Positions 49,299-58,606 are shown, counted from the stretch's first letter. The stretch: DNA of 64,000 bases from an uncultured Acidobacteriota bacterium (GCA_963777605.1 CAVZRV010000008.1:224001-288000); one strand, 5' to 3'. Program-made: numbers and translations. Notes: generated by a model from the letters alone, not told the origin.

Positions 49299-50729
49299 CT
49301 ATCCGCGACCGGGTTCCGCCCCATTGGGAGATGTCGGCACGTAGAAGCTCCACTGGCGATCGTGGGCTCGCTCGTCGTCCCACTCCGGAGTCGGCGGAAA
49401 GTACTCCCGCTCGGGGTCCTTCAGATCCCGCTTCACGGCGTCTTCGTTCAACTCGATACCGAGTCCGGGAGCATCCGGAACCGGGACGAAACCGTCACGA
49501 GTCATGAACGGCTTCGGAGGCCCTTCGACTGCGGTCTCGTACCGCGGGTCATCCACCCCGTGGTGCTCCATGACCAGGAAGTTCTCGGTTGCGGCCGCAC
49601 AGTGGATGCTCGAGAAGAGAGTAACCGGCCCTCCCGCCATGTGCATGGCCATGGAAATGCCGTTGCGCTGGGCGTAATCACCGATCTTTTTGGTCTCCAG
49701 AAGTCCCCCTGACGTGGCCAGGTCGGGATGAATCATGGAGACTGCCCTGCGGTCGATCAGTTCCTGAAAACCGTCCAACAGGTAGATGTCTTCACCCGTG
49801 AGCACGGGTGTCCGGCACGAATTCTTGAGCCGCACCAACTGGTCCGGGTACCACCACGGGACCATGTCTTCGTACCAGGCGAAATTGCACTTGTCGAGTC
49901 GCTGCGCCAACTTGATCCCGTCCTCGATGCCGAAATGCCCGTAGTGGTCGGTAGCCAGCGGGATCTCCCAGCCCACTCCGTCCCTCACCGCAAGGCAGTA
50001 CTCTTCCATCAGCGCCAGACCCTTTTCGGTTAAACGAATCCCGGTGAAGGGATGGGGCTTGGAGGTCCACTCCCAGTTGTCGTCACCCCACTGCTGGAAC
50101 GGGTTCACGCCCTGTCCTTTCGGCCAGGTTACCGCGCCCTCGATCCCCTCGAGGAGAGAGATCTGGACATCCATTTTCAGAAATGAGAATCCCTCATTCA
50201 TCCTTCCGAGCAACCGTTCAGCCTGCTTTTGGGGATCCTTCTCGAAAGTCGTGTCGGCGTAGAGCCGGATCTTGTCCCTGAACTGTCCCCCCAGCATCTG
50301 CCAACAGGGGACTCCCCAGGCTTTACCGGCGATGTCCCAGCAGGCCTCTTCAATGGAAACAGGGCCGGCGGACTGGCGGGCGTGAGAGCCGAACTGCTTT
50401 ATGTGCCGGAAGATCTTGTCCACGTGACAGGGGTTCAGCCCAAGCACCCGACTCTTCAGCATGAGTGCGTAGGTCGGGCTCGCGCCGTCGCGGAGTTCTC
50501 CGTAGCCATGGAGTTCCTGGTTGGTGTCCAGTCTGAGAACCCAGTGACCGTGAACGTTGCAGACCCGCAGGTCGGTGATCTTCAACCTGGATGGCTGAGA
50601 ATTCGTGTTGACGTTCTGGGCGACGGCCTCGTAATCCTCGGAAGTAACGACGCATCCCGCAGCCAGGGCTGCGCCGACTCCCGTCGCCTTCCGCAGGAGG
50701 CATCTCCGGGTGATCCCGTAATTCTTCAT
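49299..50729 (-). CDS. Mandelate racemase/muconate lactonising enzyme family protein with Tat-like signal
   Basis: TRRCLLRK..LAAGC leader; WDIAGKAWGVP, FLKMD, metal ligands DH..WYED..TGED, AMH; GGAGAGG RBS before ATG 50729. Confidence 0.88.
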   Translation of the reverse strand: MKNYGITRRCLLRKATGVGAALAAGCVVTSEDYEAVAQNVNTNSQPSRLKITDLRVCNVHGHWVLRLDTNQELHGYGELRDGASPTYALMLKSRVLGLNPCHVDKIFRHIKQFGSHARQSAGPVSIEEACWDIAGKAWGVPCWQMLGGQFRDKIRLYADTTFEKDPQKQAERLLGRMNEGFSFLKMDVQISLLEGIEGAVTWPKGQGVNPFQQWGDDNWEWTSKPHPFTGIRLTEKGLALMEEYCLAVRDGVGWEIPLATDHYGHFGIEDGIKLAQRLDKCNFAWYEDMVPWWYPDQLVRLKNSCRTPVLTGEDIYLLDGFQELIDRRAVSMIHPDLATSGGLLETKKIGDYAQRNGISMAMHMAGGPVTLFSSIHCAAATENFLVMEHHGVDDPRYETAVEGPPKPFMTRDGFVPVPDAPGLGIELNEDAVKRDLKDPEREYFPPTPEWDDERAHDRQWSFYVPTSPNGAEPGRG

Positions 50730-50984
50730 CCCACCTCTCCTGAGTAAAGTACTGCCCGGGTTGAATTCCTCCCCGCTGAATCCGGGCGCAAGAGGCCAGT
50801 CGCTGATCGGTTCACGATCAGACGGTAGCGTAACATCCTGGGAAAAAGAAGACCAAGAGGAAATCTCCGAGAGAAGCGATGCCGACTCGGTGCGATCGCC
50901 GTGGCATCCGCCATGCCGGAGATCCCGGGTTCGGCTGAGTTGAAACTTCAATTGGGATGAGTTCCTGGTTCCTGGTTTCTCGTT

Positions 50985-51113
50985 CCTGGAGGGAGAGTAA
51001 TCCGGGCAGGCCCTGCCTGCTATGGCGGCCGGGCAGCTTGCCCGGCGGAAGTGAACATTCTCAATCCAGGATTCTTGATTTCCGGTTTGTTCTGAAACAG
51101 GACTGAATCGTAC
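50985..51113. repeat. Structured intergenic repeat, copy A
   Basis: Homologous to 63856-64000 (51/59 and 32/40 identity blocks) with identical core CCGGGCAGCTTGCCCGGC. Confidence 0.85.
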
Positions 51114-51124
51114 TTTCAGTCCTG
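51098..51124. terminator. Perfect 10-bp hairpin, possible terminator
   Basis: CAGGACTGAA-TCGTACT-TTCAGTCCTG, downstream of the LytTR gene; no U tract. Confidence 0.35.
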
Positions 51125-51277
51125 CAATGCGGTCTCGGCTGCCATTCCCGGGGCGTTGCCGCCGGGCTGAAATTGACCCTGCGCCGTTGGCGCCCTCGTC
51201 TGGCGATGCTTCACCGGTCTCACTCTTTGAATGATCCGCGCGGGGGCGGGGCTAACTTGAAGCAACCGCACGACCGG

Positions 51278-52045
51278 TTACGCGAATCCTTGGCGAGGGG
51301 GATGTTCCAGGTGTTTGAAAACGGCTTCCCGGTAGGTTCTTCCAAGTGGGACTCGACTTTCGTCCTTCATCACGATTTCGAAATCACCGTGGGAAAGCAC
51401 GCTCAACTCTTTCACGAACTTCACGTTGACCAGGTGACTGCGATGGACTCGAATGAAAATAGCCGGGTCGACGCGGGCTTCCAGGTTCTGAATCGTCTCC
51501 CGGTAGAGCACTGACCTGCCCTCGAAGAACAGCCGTACGTACTTGTCTTCGGCGGCGACCCGGCTGATGGAGCCCATCTCGATAAATACGATCCGGCCCG
51601 AAAGGCGGAGCAGCAAGCGCTGAAGGGGAGTCTGCTGTTTCCTCATCTCCGCCAACAGTTCATCGATGCGGGGATCGCGAATTCCCGACATCGGCTCTGC
51701 TGCACGGTCAACGGCCTGTCGAAAGCGCTCCTCCTCGACCGGTTTCAAGAGGTAATCGAGCGCCCTGACCTCAAATGCCTTGATCGCATACTGATCGAAG
51801 GCGGTGGTAAAGATCACCCGCGGCCGGTCGGCTCCGAGGGCCTCGAGAACTTCGAACCCGTTCATTCGCGGCATCTGAATGTCCAGAAAGAGCAGGTCAG
51901 GTCGGCGCTGTTCGGTCAGTTCAACGGCCTGTTCGCCGTTTTCCGCCTCACCTACGACTTCGAACCTGGGGTCTCCCTTGAGGAGCCGGATCAGCTTTCG
52001 CCGGGCCGGTGGTTCATCGTCAACAATCAGCACTCGGATGCTCAC
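51278..52045 (-). CDS. LytTR-family response regulator
   Basis: VDDEP, FLDIQMP, TTAFDQYA, DYLLKP, FIRVHRSHLVN. Confidence 0.95.
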   Translation of the reverse strand: MSIRVLIVDDEPPARRKLIRLLKGDPRFEVVGEAENGEQAVELTEQRRPDLLFLDIQMPRMNGFEVLEALGADRPRVIFTTAFDQYAIKAFEVRALDYLLKPVEEERFRQAVDRAAEPMSGIRDPRIDELLAEMRKQQTPLQRLLLRLSGRIVFIEMGSISRVAAEDKYVRLFFEGRSVLYRETIQNLEARVDPAIFIRVHRSHLVNVKFVKELSVLSHGDFEIVMKDESRVPLGRTYREAVFKHLEHPPRQGFA

Positions 52046-53172
52046 TTGCCGGTCTCCATTTCAGCCTGTCGAGCCCTGGCCGCCGGGATCGAAACGCGAA
52101 CCGTCAAGCCAAGCGTCGAAGAAGAGTCGAGTTCCATGCTCATCTCTTCGCCGTAGAGATTTCTCAACCGTTCAAGGGTGTTCCTCAGCCCAACTCCCTT
52201 CTCAGCCGCGGCATCGAGTCCCCCGGGGAACCCGGGACCGTTGTCGCCAACTTCAATCTGGAGAGCGTTCCCGACGAACCTGGCGGTAACCGTCACGCTT
52301 AGCAGTTCCACGTCTCCCAGAGAACCATGCTTGACTGCGTTTTCCACCAACGGCTGAAGGAGAAATACAGGGACGGGGACGCCTGTTGCATCCGAATCGA
52401 CATCGAGTTGAAAGCTCAGACGGTTTTGAAACCGGCACGACATGATCTCCAGGTAGGCCTCGACGAACTCGATCTCCTGTGCCAACGGTATTTTTTGCCG
52501 TTCGGCCTGGTCCAGGCTGTAACGCAAGAGGCGACTGAGTCGGGCGATCATCCGATCCGCCGAGTCGACGTCCTCGTACATCAGCGAGGAAATCATGTTG
52601 AGCGTGTTGAACAAGAAGTGAGGTTGCAGCTGTCCGCGCAGCGCATCCAGGCGGGACTCGACCAGGCTGGACTGAAGATGGGCGGCCCGCAACTCAAGTG
52701 CCGCCGCTTTCTTTTCCTCTTCCTGTTTTTCGAGGTAGATCCAGATGAAGTGAACCGCGATGACGATCCCGAAATAGGCCAGGAACTGTTTTTGGTACTC
52801 CATCCAGAAGCGCAGGAAAGGATCTCCCATCTGGTAGGCGCCCAGCCCCAGGGCAGGGTAGAGGATAATCCGCGATCCCGTCATGATCAGCGTGTGACTG
52901 ACGCCGAAAACGGCGCTGGCCCCCAGGTGGACGGGGACGGCCCAAAACCAGTTTTCTCGCCGAACCGGGAAATGTCCAATGAATGGCAACACCAGCGGCA
53001 GGAGCAAGAAGACGCCGTAGGAGCCAGTGAACTCGTTGACTAGAAGCGCCTGATACGGGGTAGGGTCCCCCTCGAGCAACTTCTTCGCCAGGAACGTGGA
53101 TGAGCTCAGAAGCCCCATGAAGGTGCAGAAGGCGAACAATGCCAACCACTTCTTCCAAGGTCCCACTTGCAT
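52042..53172 (-). CDS. LytS/YehU-family sensor histidine kinase
   Basis: N-terminal TMs, QLQPHFLFNTLN, LQPLVENAVKHG, DNGPG, GVGLRN. Confidence 0.95.
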   Translation of the reverse strand: MQVGPWKKWLALFAFCTFMGLLSSSTFLAKKLLEGDPTPYQALLVNEFTGSYGVFLLLPLVLPFIGHFPVRRENWFWAVPVHLGASAVFGVSHTLIMTGSRIILYPALGLGAYQMGDPFLRFWMEYQKQFLAYFGIVIAVHFIWIYLEKQEEEKKAAALELRAAHLQSSLVESRLDALRGQLQPHFLFNTLNMISSLMYEDVDSADRMIARLSRLLRYSLDQAERQKIPLAQEIEFVEAYLEIMSCRFQNRLSFQLDVDSDATGVPVPVFLLQPLVENAVKHGSLGDVELLSVTVTARFVGNALQIEVGDNGPGFPGGLDAAAEKGVGLRNTLERLRNLYGEEMSMELDSSSTLGLTVRVSIPAARARQAEMETGK

Positions 53173-53223
53173 CGCCCCCGGTCCATTCCGGCGGAATGTG
53201 TTTCCCGCCTGATCATCTACATC

Positions 53224-53251
53224 CTAGTATCCCATCACACATCATGTGACG
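53224..53251. mobile_element. Solo degenerate end of the same IS630-like MITE family
   Basis: CTAGTATCCCATCACACATCATGTGACG versus MITE left end CTAGTGTCCTGGCACGCATCATATGACG, 22/28. Confidence 0.55.
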
Positions 53252-53271
53252 GAACACCAGAATCGTCGTGG

Positions 53272-54471
53272 TTAAACCGAATCCCCTGAAACGGGCTGAC
53301 GGAGCCCTTTTACCCATTTCAGTGGCAGAGGAATCGGGCGCGCCAACTTCAGCCCGAAGGCAGGACGGAGGAGATTCATTCTTCGGATCGGAAACTCGTA
53401 GAGCAGCCAGCTTCCAAGAAAAGTGATCAGGGCCAGCAAGAGGAACTTGACAGTAATCCCGGCATTCCAGCCCGCCAGGTAGTAGCCGGCAACCACGGTG
53501 ATTGTCTGGTGCAGGATGTAGAAGGGATAAACCGCCCCGGTGGCATAGCTCAGAAGGCGACTCGAGAACCTCAGATAGCGATATCCGAAACCCAGAATTG
53601 AGACGATCCAGAACCAGAGATTCGAGCTCTGCAGCAGCCGGTAGAGGACGTCGCCACCGACGGGGACCTTGAGTCCACCGTACCAGCAGAGGTAGAGGAG
53701 AGTCGTCGTTCCTGTCGCCAGCAGGAGGGATCGCATTCGATTGCGTTCCAGGACCGGCCAGACGCAATCGGAAGACGCAAAACAGAAGCCCAGTGTGAAG
53801 ATGATCAGCGTGGTCGTGAATTGGGCCCAATCGCCGAACAGATTGTTCCGGTTCTCAGGCCAGAAAGGCCGGAGAGTGAGCTCGCTCAGGGCCAGCGGAG
53901 CGGAGCCCAGCAGCAGGAGAGGGTAACTGGCGAAACGATCCATTACCCGCTTCAAGAGAGCCCGGCCCTTCTCAGTCTTGAACCATGCGAACGGCAACAG
54001 CATGAGAAGGGAAAAAGTGAAGATGTAGGGAATGTACCAGAGGTGATGCCAGCTGAAGTTCCCTTCCGGGTACGGCCGGAAGTCCAGGATCGTCGTGTAA
54101 AACTCCGTGAATCCGCTGAAATGCCTCCCCTGAAAGAGTCTTTCGAAGTAGACCTGGGGTGGAATGACGACAAACATCCCGAAGACCAGGGGAAGCAAGA
54201 GGCGTTTGATCCGTTCCCACGCGAATCTCCGCGGGGCGTACTTCTCCATCGCAAACCAGACCGCAGCTCCCGAGATAAAGAACAGCAGCGGCATTCTCCA
54301 CTGGTGCAAGAAGATCATGACGTACTCGAAAGCCGCGCTCCTTTGCGGGTTCTTCACGTGCCAGTCCCAGTTGTTGAACATCATCCCGGTGTGAAAGAGG
54401 ATCAGGAGTGCGAAGGCGAGCACTCGCAACCAGTCCAGGTCGAAGCGCCTCTGGTAATTCTTTCTTGCCAT
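53272..54471 (-). CDS. Acyltransferase family 3 (OpgC/MdoC-like) membrane protein
   Basis: RRFDLDWLRV..LILFH, WRMPLLFFISG, RIKRLLLP, HHLWY, YPFYILHQT. Confidence 0.9.
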   Translation of the reverse strand: MARKNYQRRFDLDWLRVLAFALLILFHTGMMFNNWDWHVKNPQRSAAFEYVMIFLHQWRMPLLFFISGAAVWFAMEKYAPRRFAWERIKRLLLPLVFGMFVVIPPQVYFERLFQGRHFSGFTEFYTTILDFRPYPEGNFSWHHLWYIPYIFTFSLLMLLPFAWFKTEKGRALLKRVMDRFASYPLLLLGSAPLALSELTLRPFWPENRNNLFGDWAQFTTTLIIFTLGFCFASSDCVWPVLERNRMRSLLLATGTTTLLYLCWYGGLKVPVGGDVLYRLLQSSNLWFWIVSILGFGYRYLRFSSRLLSYATGAVYPFYILHQTITVVAGYYLAGWNAGITVKFLLLALITFLGSWLLYEFPIRRMNLLRPAFGLKLARPIPLPLKWVKGLRQPVSGDSV

Positions 54472-54563
54472 GGTTCGATTCCTTTTCGGATCGGCGACAA
54501 ACGAATTTCAATCGGTTCCAGGATTCACCCTATTGGCCCGGAGTCGTCGCTGCCAACCGCATT

Positions 54564-54595
54564 GTCGCGAGCTGCGGCTTGGCGTCGCGAACTGC
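54564..54595 (-). promoter_or_regulatory. Candidate LytTR binding site (direct repeat)
   Basis: Minus strand GCAGTTCGCGAC-N8-GCAGCTCGCGAC (11/12, 20-bp period), 93-124 bp upstream of the acyltransferase start. Confidence 0.55.
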
Positions 54596-54719
54596 ACGGG
54601 GAGGGCCGGATTCCATTCCATCTCCGGGCCTGGTGCCTGCAAGTGGAAGCCGATCGAGGGGAGGTGATGCCGGGAAAGCGTCAGGCTGTCATAATGGTGA
54701 ACTTCGAAAGAGTGTTGCA

Positions 54720-56315
54720 ATGATCGACCAGTTCATCAGCCACCCGGTGGCGCTCCTATTCGTGATCATTGCCCTGGGTTCGGCACTGGGGAACCTGCGG
54801 GTTGCCCGCATTTCTCTCGGCTCATCGGGAGTGCTCTTTGTCGGCCTCCTTTTTGGTCATCTCGGCGTGAAGCTCCCGTCAACAGTGCAGGACCTCGGGA
54901 TCATTCTCTTCGTGTACGCCATCGGGCTTCAGGCCGGGCCCAGGTTTTTCAACCAGTTCCGGCACCGGGGCATCATCTTTGCAAAGATCGGCGTGATCGT
55001 TGTCCTGGGCGGAGCTCTCATTACCTGGGCGACCACCTGGATCATGGGACTCGACCCGGCCCTGGCGGTGGGGATGTTCGCCGGTGCCTTGACGAGCACC
55101 CCCGGGTTGGCCGCCGCCATGGACGCCGCCGGTGATCCTCGGGTCAGCGTGGGATTTGGAGTGGCCTACCCGTTCGGCGTGATCGGGGTCGTGCTCCTGG
55201 TCCAGCTCCTGCCAAGGCTTCTCGGGGTCAACATCCCAACCGAGGAGCAACGATTGAGCCAGGCTGAGCTCGCCTCCAAAACACTACAGAGAAGACAGTT
55301 CAAGGTCAGCAACCCGGCTTGTATAGGAAAGTCCCTGGCGGAACTGCGGTTCCACCGGTTGAGCGAAGTCAATATCACCCGGCTTTCCCGGGCGGGACAG
55401 GTGAGCCCGGTCCGTCAGAACGAGATCCTCCAGCAGAATGATGTCGTCGTTGCCGTGGGCAGGCCGGACGAACTTCAAAAGCTCGAAATCCTGTTCGGGG
55501 AGGAGATTCAGGGAGAGGAGATCTTTGAAACGACCGACGTGGTTTCCAGGGATGCCATGGTCTCGACTGACTCAATGGTGGGGAAGTCCCTGAAAGACCT
55601 GGATGTCGTCAAATCGTACGGCGTGGTGGTCAGTCGGGTGTTCCGGGAGGAACTTGACTTCATTCCCACCGGCAGCTACACGTTGGAACTCGGGGACCTG
55701 ATCCGCGTCGTGGGCGCCAGGGAGGATTGTGAACGTTTTGTCCAGGCCGTCGGGGAAAAGGAGAAGCGGATATACGAAACCAGTATCTCGGCCCTCTCGA
55801 TCGGGATCTTTCTCGGAGTCCTGCTGGCCTACCAGGAATTCTCACTCCCCGGCGGAGCCACGTTTCGCCTCGGGCTGGCCGGGGGACCACTGTTCGTCAG
55901 CCTGGTCCTGGCACATTTCGGGCGTATCGGCCGTCTCAACATCCGGACCCCACGTCCGGCCAAGTACATCCTTCAGCAACTGGGCCTCGTACTCTTCCTG
56001 GCGGGTGCCGGAACCGCGGCAGGAGGATCGATCGGCACGGTCATCGCCGATTCCGGAGTTTCTCTACTGGTCGCCGGGGCGATGGTGACGGTTTTTTCCT
56101 CCATGCTGGGCTTCGTGGTCAGCCGTTACGTGTTCAAGCAGGATTTTCTCACCGTCCTGGGATCAATCTGTGGAGCAATGACCAGCACGCCCGCCCTCGG
56201 AGCGATCAGCGACCTGAGCAGCCGGAGCGAGCCAGTGCTTGCCTACACTGGTGTCTACCCGGTTGCGCTGATTGTGATCACCGTGGTCTGCCAGCTCCTC
56301 TACTTCTTGATTTGA
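54720..56315 (+). CDS. AspT/YidE/YbjL-family antiporter with two TrkA-C domains
   Basis: GSSGVLFVGL, IGLQAGP, GALTSTPGL, YPFGVIG, GLAGGPL, GAMTSTPAL. Confidence 0.92.
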   Translation: MIDQFISHPVALLFVIIALGSALGNLRVARISLGSSGVLFVGLLFGHLGVKLPSTVQDLGIILFVYAIGLQAGPRFFNQFRHRGIIFAKIGVIVVLGGALITWATTWIMGLDPALAVGMFAGALTSTPGLAAAMDAAGDPRVSVGFGVAYPFGVIGVVLLVQLLPRLLGVNIPTEEQRLSQAELASKTLQRRQFKVSNPACIGKSLAELRFHRLSEVNITRLSRAGQVSPVRQNEILQQNDVVVAVGRPDELQKLEILFGEEIQGEEIFETTDVVSRDAMVSTDSMVGKSLKDLDVVKSYGVVVSRVFREELDFIPTGSYTLELGDLIRVVGAREDCERFVQAVGEKEKRIYETSISALSIGIFLGVLLAYQEFSLPGGATFRLGLAGGPLFVSLVLAHFGRIGRLNIRTPRPAKYILQQLGLVLFLAGAGTAAGGSIGTVIADSGVSLLVAGAMVTVFSSMLGFVVSRYVFKQDFLTVLGSICGAMTSTPALGAISDLSSRSEPVLAYTGVYPVALIVITVVCQLLYFLI

Positions 56316-56323
56316 GGCAGTAT

Positions 56324-57778
56324 ATGCGCTTTGCTGACGAGTACATTGAGAACGTTCTCCAACAGAACTTCCAGGATTTTCGAGATCTCTTTTTCGAACA
56401 CCTGCTCGACATCCACTATGCCCATCTGGTCATGCTCCGCGAGGCCGGTATCGTGTCGGCGGAGACCGCGCGGCGCCTCGTGGAAGCTCTCGACTCGATC
56501 GATTCCGACCTCCTTGACGACGTCGAGTTTGACGGGTCCTTCGAGGACGCCTTCTGTTTTGTGGAAGAACAACTGGCTCGAATCGCCGGACCAGACACGG
56601 CCGGGCGACTCCACACGGCTCGAAGCCGCAATGACATCGACGTGACTCTTTACCGGCTGCGTTGGCGGCAGGACTTTGCCGCAGTGCAGGCATCGGTCCT
56701 CGATCTCCGCTCGGCTCTACTCGAACTCAGCGTGCGCGAACTCGAGACCATCCTCCCGCTCCACACTCACACTCAACCGGCCCAGCCGTCGACGGTAGCC
56801 CATTACTTTCATGCCGTCATCGAGCACCTCGAGCGGGACAATCAGCGCTTTCGCAACGCACTTCTTACGCTCAATCGAAACCCCCTCGGATCCTGCGCCA
56901 TCACGGGAACCGGTTTCCCGATCGATCGGGACCGAACCAGCGATCTGCTCTCATTCGACGGTCCAGCCGGAAACACCTATGCCGGAATCGTTGCCGCCGA
57001 CTACCTGCTGGAGGGGATCTCCGCGGCTGCGGTACTGTTGTCGATGCTGGGGAGATTCACCCAGGACATGCTGCAGTGGTCGATGCGCGAATTCGGTGTT
57101 CTGCATCTGGGCGACGGATATGTTCAGCCGAGCAGCATCATGCCGCAGAAACGGAATCCCGTTTCTCTGGAGCACTCGCGTGCGTTGATCAGCCGGGCTC
57201 TGGGGCAGGCGCAGGCAGTCTTTCAGGTCCTCCACAACACTCCATTCGGCGACATTGTGGACGTTGAAGACGACCTCCAGCCGCTCGTTTTCAGGACGCT
57301 TCAGGATACCTTGCGCCCCCTGAGATTGCTGGCAGCCGCACTCTCCACCGCGTCTTTTGACCGCGCCCTGCTCGAAAAGCGGGCCGCTGAGGGGTGGATC
57401 ACCATCACCGACCTGGCCGATGCTCTGGTGACGCGGGAAAACATGGCGTTCCGGACGGCGCATCAGTTGTCCCGCATGGTAATTCAGTCTGTCGAGACGG
57501 GAACCGCATCGTCGCCCGAGGAAGCCCTCGCCGCCGCAAGCAGGGAGTTGATCGGTCGGGAGATCCAGATCACGGCGAGTGAAATCTCCGAGTTGCTCAG
57601 CCCGCGCGCCTTCGTGAACCGGAGGAGGACGGTCGGCGGACCCAGCCCTGCGATCCTCGGCCAGGCTCTCGAAGAATCCCGGAAGATGCTGGAACGGGAC
57701 CGATCGGAATTGGAATCCTTCCTGGGGCGCCTGAAGTCTTACCGCTCCCGGCTCAGGCAAACGGCCAGGAGTCTCTGA
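56324..57778 (+). CDS. argH: Argininosuccinate lyase (divergent type)
   Basis: LHTARSRND, THTQPAQP, PLGSCAITGT, signature SSIMPQKRNP, DLADALV..FRTAH; start ATG 56324 or TTG 56312. Confidence 0.8.
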   Translation: MRFADEYIENVLQQNFQDFRDLFFEHLLDIHYAHLVMLREAGIVSAETARRLVEALDSIDSDLLDDVEFDGSFEDAFCFVEEQLARIAGPDTAGRLHTARSRNDIDVTLYRLRWRQDFAAVQASVLDLRSALLELSVRELETILPLHTHTQPAQPSTVAHYFHAVIEHLERDNQRFRNALLTLNRNPLGSCAITGTGFPIDRDRTSDLLSFDGPAGNTYAGIVAADYLLEGISAAAVLLSMLGRFTQDMLQWSMREFGVLHLGDGYVQPSSIMPQKRNPVSLEHSRALISRALGQAQAVFQVLHNTPFGDIVDVEDDLQPLVFRTLQDTLRPLRLLAAALSTASFDRALLEKRAAEGWITITDLADALVTRENMAFRTAHQLSRMVIQSVETGTASSPEEALAAASRELIGREIQITASEISELLSPRAFVNRRRTVGGPSPAILGQALEESRKMLERDRSELESFLGRLKSYRSRLRQTARSL

Positions 57779-57809
57779 CCGGCGTCGACTCGAACGCCCG
57801 GTCGTTTGT
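57777..57809 (+). terminator. Candidate intrinsic terminator after argH
   Basis: GACCGGCGT..ACGCCCGGTC stem followed by GTTTGT. Confidence 0.4.
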
Positions 57810-57862
57810 AAAAGAGTCTGCCGATCGCTGGTTCAAACCGCGGCACCGAAACTCGGTTGATC

Positions 57863-58606
57863 CTATTTCAGAATGGAGTCGAGGAGACTTTTCGCTTTTT
57901 CCGCGGCACCGTTGCCAAGCTTCCGCTTGATCAATTCCTCGGCTCCGCGGCGGGCCGCCAGCCGGGCGGCAGAGTTGACGAACTCCCTCAAAACCTGGGC
58001 TCCGATCTCGCTCGGGGTGCCACCGTTTGCTCCCCCAACATTGGAGAGGTTGATCGCCGGCAGTTCCTCCTCGAGCGGTTCCTTCAGCTGGGGAGCCGTG
58101 ATCTTCATTTGGCCGGCCTCGAAGACGAACCGATCGATCTTGAGTCGCTGGGCTTCACCCCGCGGCTCCTCGGGACCCTGGGAGGAAGGCTCTCCTTCTT
58201 GCTTCTTGAGGTTGTCCACGATGACGTCCAGGTTTCCCTTGCCTTCAGCGTTTTTCTCGTAGCTCACCCGCGGGGAGATGACCAGGAGCTCTTTGAGGAC
58301 GATCGGATTTGCGGCGATGCTTCCGAGGTCAACTACAAACGTTATCTCGTCGAGTTCAAAGGCGTTGCCGCTGGAGAATCCGGGCGGGTTGGCAACCGTC
58401 AGTCCCCGGATCGTTCCCTTTCCGTCTCCCAGCGACAACTCGACGGAATCCAGGGAAACTCGGGTTCCAGTGACTTCCGACCCGTAGCGCCCAATGGCAA
58501 CTTTTACGAGGGCATCCAGATTCGAGCGCAGCAGAAGGACCACTCCCACCACGCAGATCACCAGGACAATTCCCACTCCAATGACAATCTTGGTCTTGGT
58601 CGACAT
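57863..58606 (-). CDS. AsmA-like membrane-anchored hypothetical protein
   Basis: N-terminal TM helix, GSEVTGTRVSLDSV, LTVANPPGFS, beta-rich body. Confidence 0.75.
   Translation of the reverse strand: MSTKTKIVIGVGIVLVICVVGVVLLLRSNLDALVKVAIGRYGSEVTGTRVSLDSVELSLGDGKGTIRGLTVANPPGFSSGNAFELDEITFVVDLGSIAANPIVLKELLVISPRVSYEKNAEGKGNLDVIVDNLKKQEGEPSSQGPEEPRGEAQRLKIDRFVFEAGQMKITAPQLKEPLEEELPAINLSNVGGANGGTPSEIGAQVLREFVNSAARLAARRGAEELIKRKLGNGAAEKAKSLLDSILK

Noticed and set aside
50985-51124. Repeat copy A as a known riboswitch for the enolase-family operon
   Set aside because: No consensus of glycine, TPP, SAM, FMN, cobalamin or c-di-GMP aptamers was seen on either strand, and the second copy lies downstream of a gene.
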